Below are positions 59,802 through 64,000 of a stretch of 64,000 nt of DNA, piece after piece. The notes below the pieces were generated by a model. That model had not been told where the DNA came from and made no database searches. It saw only the letters and a list, made by a program, of their open reading frames with translations. This stretch comes from Neoconidiobolus thromboides FSU 785. Its lineage: Eukaryota > Fungi > Entomophthoromycota. The first letter of the stretch is position 1. Every line of letters starts with the position of its first letter. The stretch lies in contig MU626287.1 of assembly GCA_025603075.1 (NCBI GenBank), forward strand, positions 62,001-126,000. The letters are read 5' to 3'. The position numbers were made by a program, and so were the translations under genes.

Positions 59802-60407
59802 ATAAAATAAACTAATAGATTACGTTGTAATTCTTTAATTGCAAAATTATTAACACTTTAAGTAATAAATTCAGTGTTATCTAATCCTCTTCTTAATATA
59901 TTAGTTAATATTTTAAGTAAGAATTTATTTATACTTTGTTTAATATTATCTTAATTAAAGTTGAAAGTGTTTTATTTAATTTTATGCATTTCGTTTAATT
60001 TATGAAATAGTTTCCACTATTTTAAGATTATTGTTTCACTTTATGTAGATGAAATAACCTTATTAAACTTTACATTTTTACTTTCATCTTATCATAACTA
60101 AATATTCAATAGTATTAAAACTATAAAATAATATTTTTAGAGTTTATGATGAGTTTATTATGAATAAGTAAATGTCTTGACAATGGTGAGTTGTGATAGA
60201 GATGATGAGTATTGTGAAAGCTCAAGGTAATAGAAAATGATGAGCATTGTAGGTTGTAGGAAAGAGTTTGTAATTAAAGTATTTTGGATTACAAAGTAGA
60301 GGGGATCGTAGTTAAGAGTACTTAGGTTTAGGTAGAAGAGATCATGTTTAAGGTGTTTTAGGTTATGAAGTAGATTTTACCATATTTAAAAACTGTAAAT
60401 TCGAAAT

Positions 60408-61235
60408 TCAAGGTGTTAAACGATTGGTAAAGATAGGGAAAGGGAGTGCTTTTGGATCAGGTGCACGTCGGAAAGTGGGGCCTGCATATGGCACATTTTG
60501 AATAGGCTTTGGTTTCGATATAGCCATATTTGGAGTTGGGATCATCAAATTCATCAATAAATGAGAAGCCATGTCAAGGTCTTGTTCGAATTTCGAAGGA
60601 CTTACATTCGAGTTGGAATCTTCAAAATCTGCTTTCGCTTTATCAGTCTTTGGATAGGCCTGTGAATCAGAATGATAATCTAAGTTAAGATCAACAACTG
60701 GAGATAATGAACTAGTCAAATTAGTTCTTGGTTTACCCAATACTAATGCATCTAATAATAAATTAGAGCTAGATTCTTTGGTTACTCTCTTCTGAATTTG
60801 TATACTTCCAGGAACTAATTCTGGAGCTTTCGATGAAGGAGCAGTTTTCCTACGATGAACTTTCGAATTGTTTTGGTTCTTATTATCTTTCTGATTTGGA
60901 TTGTTGGCTTTGTTTCTATGTCTATTAGTAGAAACAAGTAGATTTGATTGCGTTGCTGATGGCGTACTTAAAGAGTTACGTCTTTGCTCAAGTTTGAATC
61001 CTTTATTTACTAAAGGATTATTTTTGTTGTCGATTGAATTGACTTTGATTTGTGGAACTGGGGATGGCAAAGATCTATGCTTTTGATTAACAGGTTTTCC
61101 TTTTAGCTTGATAGCTGGGCCATTAGGCTGCCTTATTCTCTCTTTCTGATTAGGGTGTTGAGAATGGGAAGATTTAATGTTAGCTGGGCCGGAGTTAAAG
61201 CCACTGTTAAAATTAGTTTTGGATTTGAGAGCCAT
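60408..61235 (-). CDS. Disordered basic protein ending in a PNRC/Edc1-type YAGxxF motif (candidate decapping coactivator)
   Basis: C-terminal YAGPTFRRAPDPKALPFPIF; start placed at the first ATG (MALKSK) within the listed 60408-61310 ORF. Confidence 0.7.
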   Translation of the reverse strand: MALKSKTNFNSGFNSGPANIKSSHSQHPNQKERIRQPNGPAIKLKGKPVNQKHRSLPSPVPQIKVNSIDNKNNPLVNKGFKLEQRRNSLSTPSATQSNLLVSTNRHRNKANNPNQKDNKNQNNSKVHRRKTAPSSKAPELVPGSIQIQKRVTKESSSNLLLDALVLGKPRTNLTSSLSPVVDLNLDYHSDSQAYPKTDKAKADFEDSNSNVSPSKFEQDLDMASHLLMNLMIPTPNMAISKPKPIQNVPYAGPTFRRAPDPKALPFPIFTNRLTP

Positions 61236-63331
61236 TGTTGATACGTTTATGTCTTGTAAAAAATTTGAGTTGTAATTGATAGTTAAAGTCGCTTTAAAAT
61301 TTTTAATCATAAGAAACTTGATCTTATTTAAGGGCCAATATATACTAAGCGCGATTGAAGTGATTATAACCTTAAGGGAGTTACTTGAGAGAGCTTAGGA
61401 CTGTGCAGTTAAATAATTTTAATCAAAGAATATCTTTGTTATAAAAAGGTTCACCAATAGTAATATAAACAAAAGAGAACGAGAGGTTAATGTATTTAAT
61501 TATATTACGAATATAAATAAAGGTGAATTAAAAAAGAAACTAAATAAAACACGAACTTGGAAAATTAAAAATTTACAGATAAACAAAAGAAATAAATTTT
61601 TCCATAAGGCTGATTTTCTTTTTTATACGTTTGTTAACTACCTATTAAATGGTGGTTGATCACCCTATCATTGGCTTAACTAAGTTAATGTTCCTATACC
61701 CATCTAATAAAAACGGAAATATATGATTATGGCTAATTTTGATTGGACAAGGGTCAAATAAGCACTTTATAAGCACACCACCCCCTATCCCCACTTGATT
61801 GGTGATGAAATATGCTATAAAAATCAATTACCTTAAGCTTAAGCCATAAATTAAACAATTGGCCAAATAATTAGGCCTAGGTATCCAATCAATAGAGTCA
61901 AAACTAGGCAATTAATTAAAGTATTATAATTGATATATTTATTTTCTAAAAACAACACTCACCTCATGTCATACGTTATTTTACTATTTACTCTAAAAGC
62001 TAAAGTGAAGTTAAATAATAACCAAAAGCTGTTAGAGTGACCCTTTTACATTATAATATTTTTTAAGATGGGGTGCTTTTTTATATTTTGTTAATATTGG
62101 TTTAAGGGTTTAAAAATTAGTGTAAAACAAGGAAATCTTCTCAAACTAAAACAAATTAAGTTAGATGAAACAGCTAATTTGACTTTAATGGTTGGTTACC
62201 TTGTATAGGGGCCTTAGTAGAAATTGTCTACAAATAGCTTTTTTTCACTTCGCTTTCATGACTCGAAATGAATGTTTTCATATGCTGTGGCATTATGATT
62301 TAAATTTTATAGGCTGATTAATTTAATTGTTACTATAAAAAATGACTTATGCCATAGTTAATTAAAGCTCAAAGAACCCGCTTTTATTATCCAAATTATA
62401 AAGTTTTATATAAATGAATTTCATAGTTAAATAAGAGTAAACAATTATAATATAAAATGTATCTTAAATTATAAAATGATCGAAACTGATAAAAAATAAC
62501 AATTTTTTAATAAATTTTAATTAAAACTATTCAGGCTAAAACTATTGATATTACAGTTTAAAACATGTGAACTATTAAATAGAATTTAAATAAGCCTCAA
62601 AAAGTAGTAATAGGGACGAAATTGCATTATAGTGATCTCTTTAAAGCAGGAATTAGCTCCGAATTTGCATTTTTTGAAAATTTAATAAAACAGCGTCTAG
62701 ATACATCATTTAATATATTTAGTAACTTATTTTATCGTTTATATTATGATATTTGAAACTACTTACCTCTGTATAAATAGATAATTGCTTTGTAACTATA
62801 TGTCTATTTATAAAGAGCTTTTAAGATATATAGCTTTAGGTTTAATTTATGAATTTGGTCAAAGTCAAGTTGAACTAAACTCTAATTATAAACCAAATAC
62901 ACAATAAACAGTGTAATATACAATTTTTAATAAAGGTACTGAAAAAAGTGCGAATAGGTACTTTTTTAACACAGTTCAAAACGGCTTGTTAGATCCTTTT
63001 TTAGAACTGAAGAAATGCTATTACTCGACAAAAGATGTTCTTGAATTCCAATATGGTATTGTAATATATATAATAAAGCTAGTTTTATATGATAAGTTTA
63101 TTTTATATCAAAGTCTTTACTCCGCATTATGTTAGTACTGAAAATAATATTGTGAATTTAAATAGTTAGAGTTTGATTAGAGTCATAATCATTCGATGAA
63201 AATAAGATTAATGTTTAATCAAGTTGCTTATGGATACGAATGGAAGGAGTATAATATTGAATTAAAAAGAGGATGAAGAGTCAACATAGTCACAAGTGTG
63301 GGTAGCCACGTGCTGCATAACAATTATCCAG

Positions 63332-63830
63332 CTACCCCTGAAAAGAGATTAGATAGCACAATTGACATCTATCATAGATATCCATTGTAGTTAAAGATCC
63401 TAATACACATGGGGTGTTTTTTTTTACTTCATTCCTTTTTCCATCTTTTAAGTGCTATTTTGGTAGAAAAATTGTAAGATTCTTAAATACAAAAACACAA
63501 CCACAGATCATTCCATTCCTCATCACATCCAATATGTCTACGGCATTTTTATGCTTAACACTAATATTACGTATAATATCAATTAGGCAATCAACTATTT
63601 GTAAATCGCTATATTTTAATGAATAAATTTTCAATTTTTTATTGAGCTCCCTTATTTTTTCAATATTAATCAACTCACATATGAGTATTGTAATAATGCC
63701 ATCTATATGGGTATATAATCCAATTTCGCCAGTGTTAGTAGAAGACACTATAAGTGAAATGCTTTTCGATTTGCTATTTCAAAGGATATTTTTTTTAAAT
63801 CTTTTAGTAATAATTGAATCAACCGTTATG
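63332..63830 (-). pseudogene. Possible decayed gene interrupted by MITE copy 23
   Basis: Removing the MITE and one TSD joins ...DVMRNGMIC to VLGSLTTMDIYDRCQLCYLISFQG* in frame; stops occur further upstream; family unknown. Confidence 0.25.
63407..63506 (-). mobile_element. MITE family copy 23
   Basis: ACAT-ggggtgt...acacaacc-ACAG, reverse orientation. Confidence 0.85.
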
Positions 63831-64000
63831 TTACCATAAACATGTAGTACCTCTTTGTTAGTATATTTTACTAATCAAAACGATTCCTTGAAACACTGTA
63901 AAAAAGCTAAAAGATCGTCAAAACCAGTCATGTATTTAATGATATTAGTTGTTATTTAATCAAATAAATTGTTGAATAAGTATTTAGATGATAAATTTAT

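Noticed and set aside
1-64000. tRNA, rRNA, spliceosomal snRNA genes or an autonomous transposase/reverse transcriptase
   Set aside because: No recognisable signatures found by eye; a tRNAscan-SE/Infernal run would be needed to exclude them formally

Overview
AT-rich eukaryotic genomic DNA with many short (~45-80 nt) GT-AG introns. It most resembles an early-diverging fungus; an entomophthoralean such as Conidiobolus is my inference from composition, intron size and gene content. About 21 protein-coding genes can be reconstructed by hand. Conserved genes: EF-2, ENP2/NOL10, SYF2, YDJ1-type DnaJ, PIS1, NTAQ1, TMEM234, an RNF5-like RING ligase, an Eps1-like membrane PDI and a tandem CCCH zinc finger. 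Secreted proteins: a 5'-nucleotidase, a GH18 chitinase, two low-complexity repeat proteins, a Kunitz-like protein and a CxxS thioredoxin. There is also an F-box/LRR family with two intact copies and one pseudogene. Three intron-split genes that the ORF track shows only as fragments or misses entirely: a Kunitz/BPTI-like protein, a SHOC1/Zip2-like meiotic protein and a SIVA1-like Cys-rich protein. The dominant non-genic signal is a ~98-99 bp palindromic MITE present in 23 copies, all outside intact CDSs. It has GGGGATGT...ACATCCCC termini and copy-specific 4-bp ANNT target-site duplications. Its consensus carries an internal 48-nt GT...TACTAAC...AG intron-like cassette, and copies lying just downstream of genes are consistently in the sense orientation. 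All exon structures were assembled by eye and all family calls come from remembered motifs; no database searches were run.
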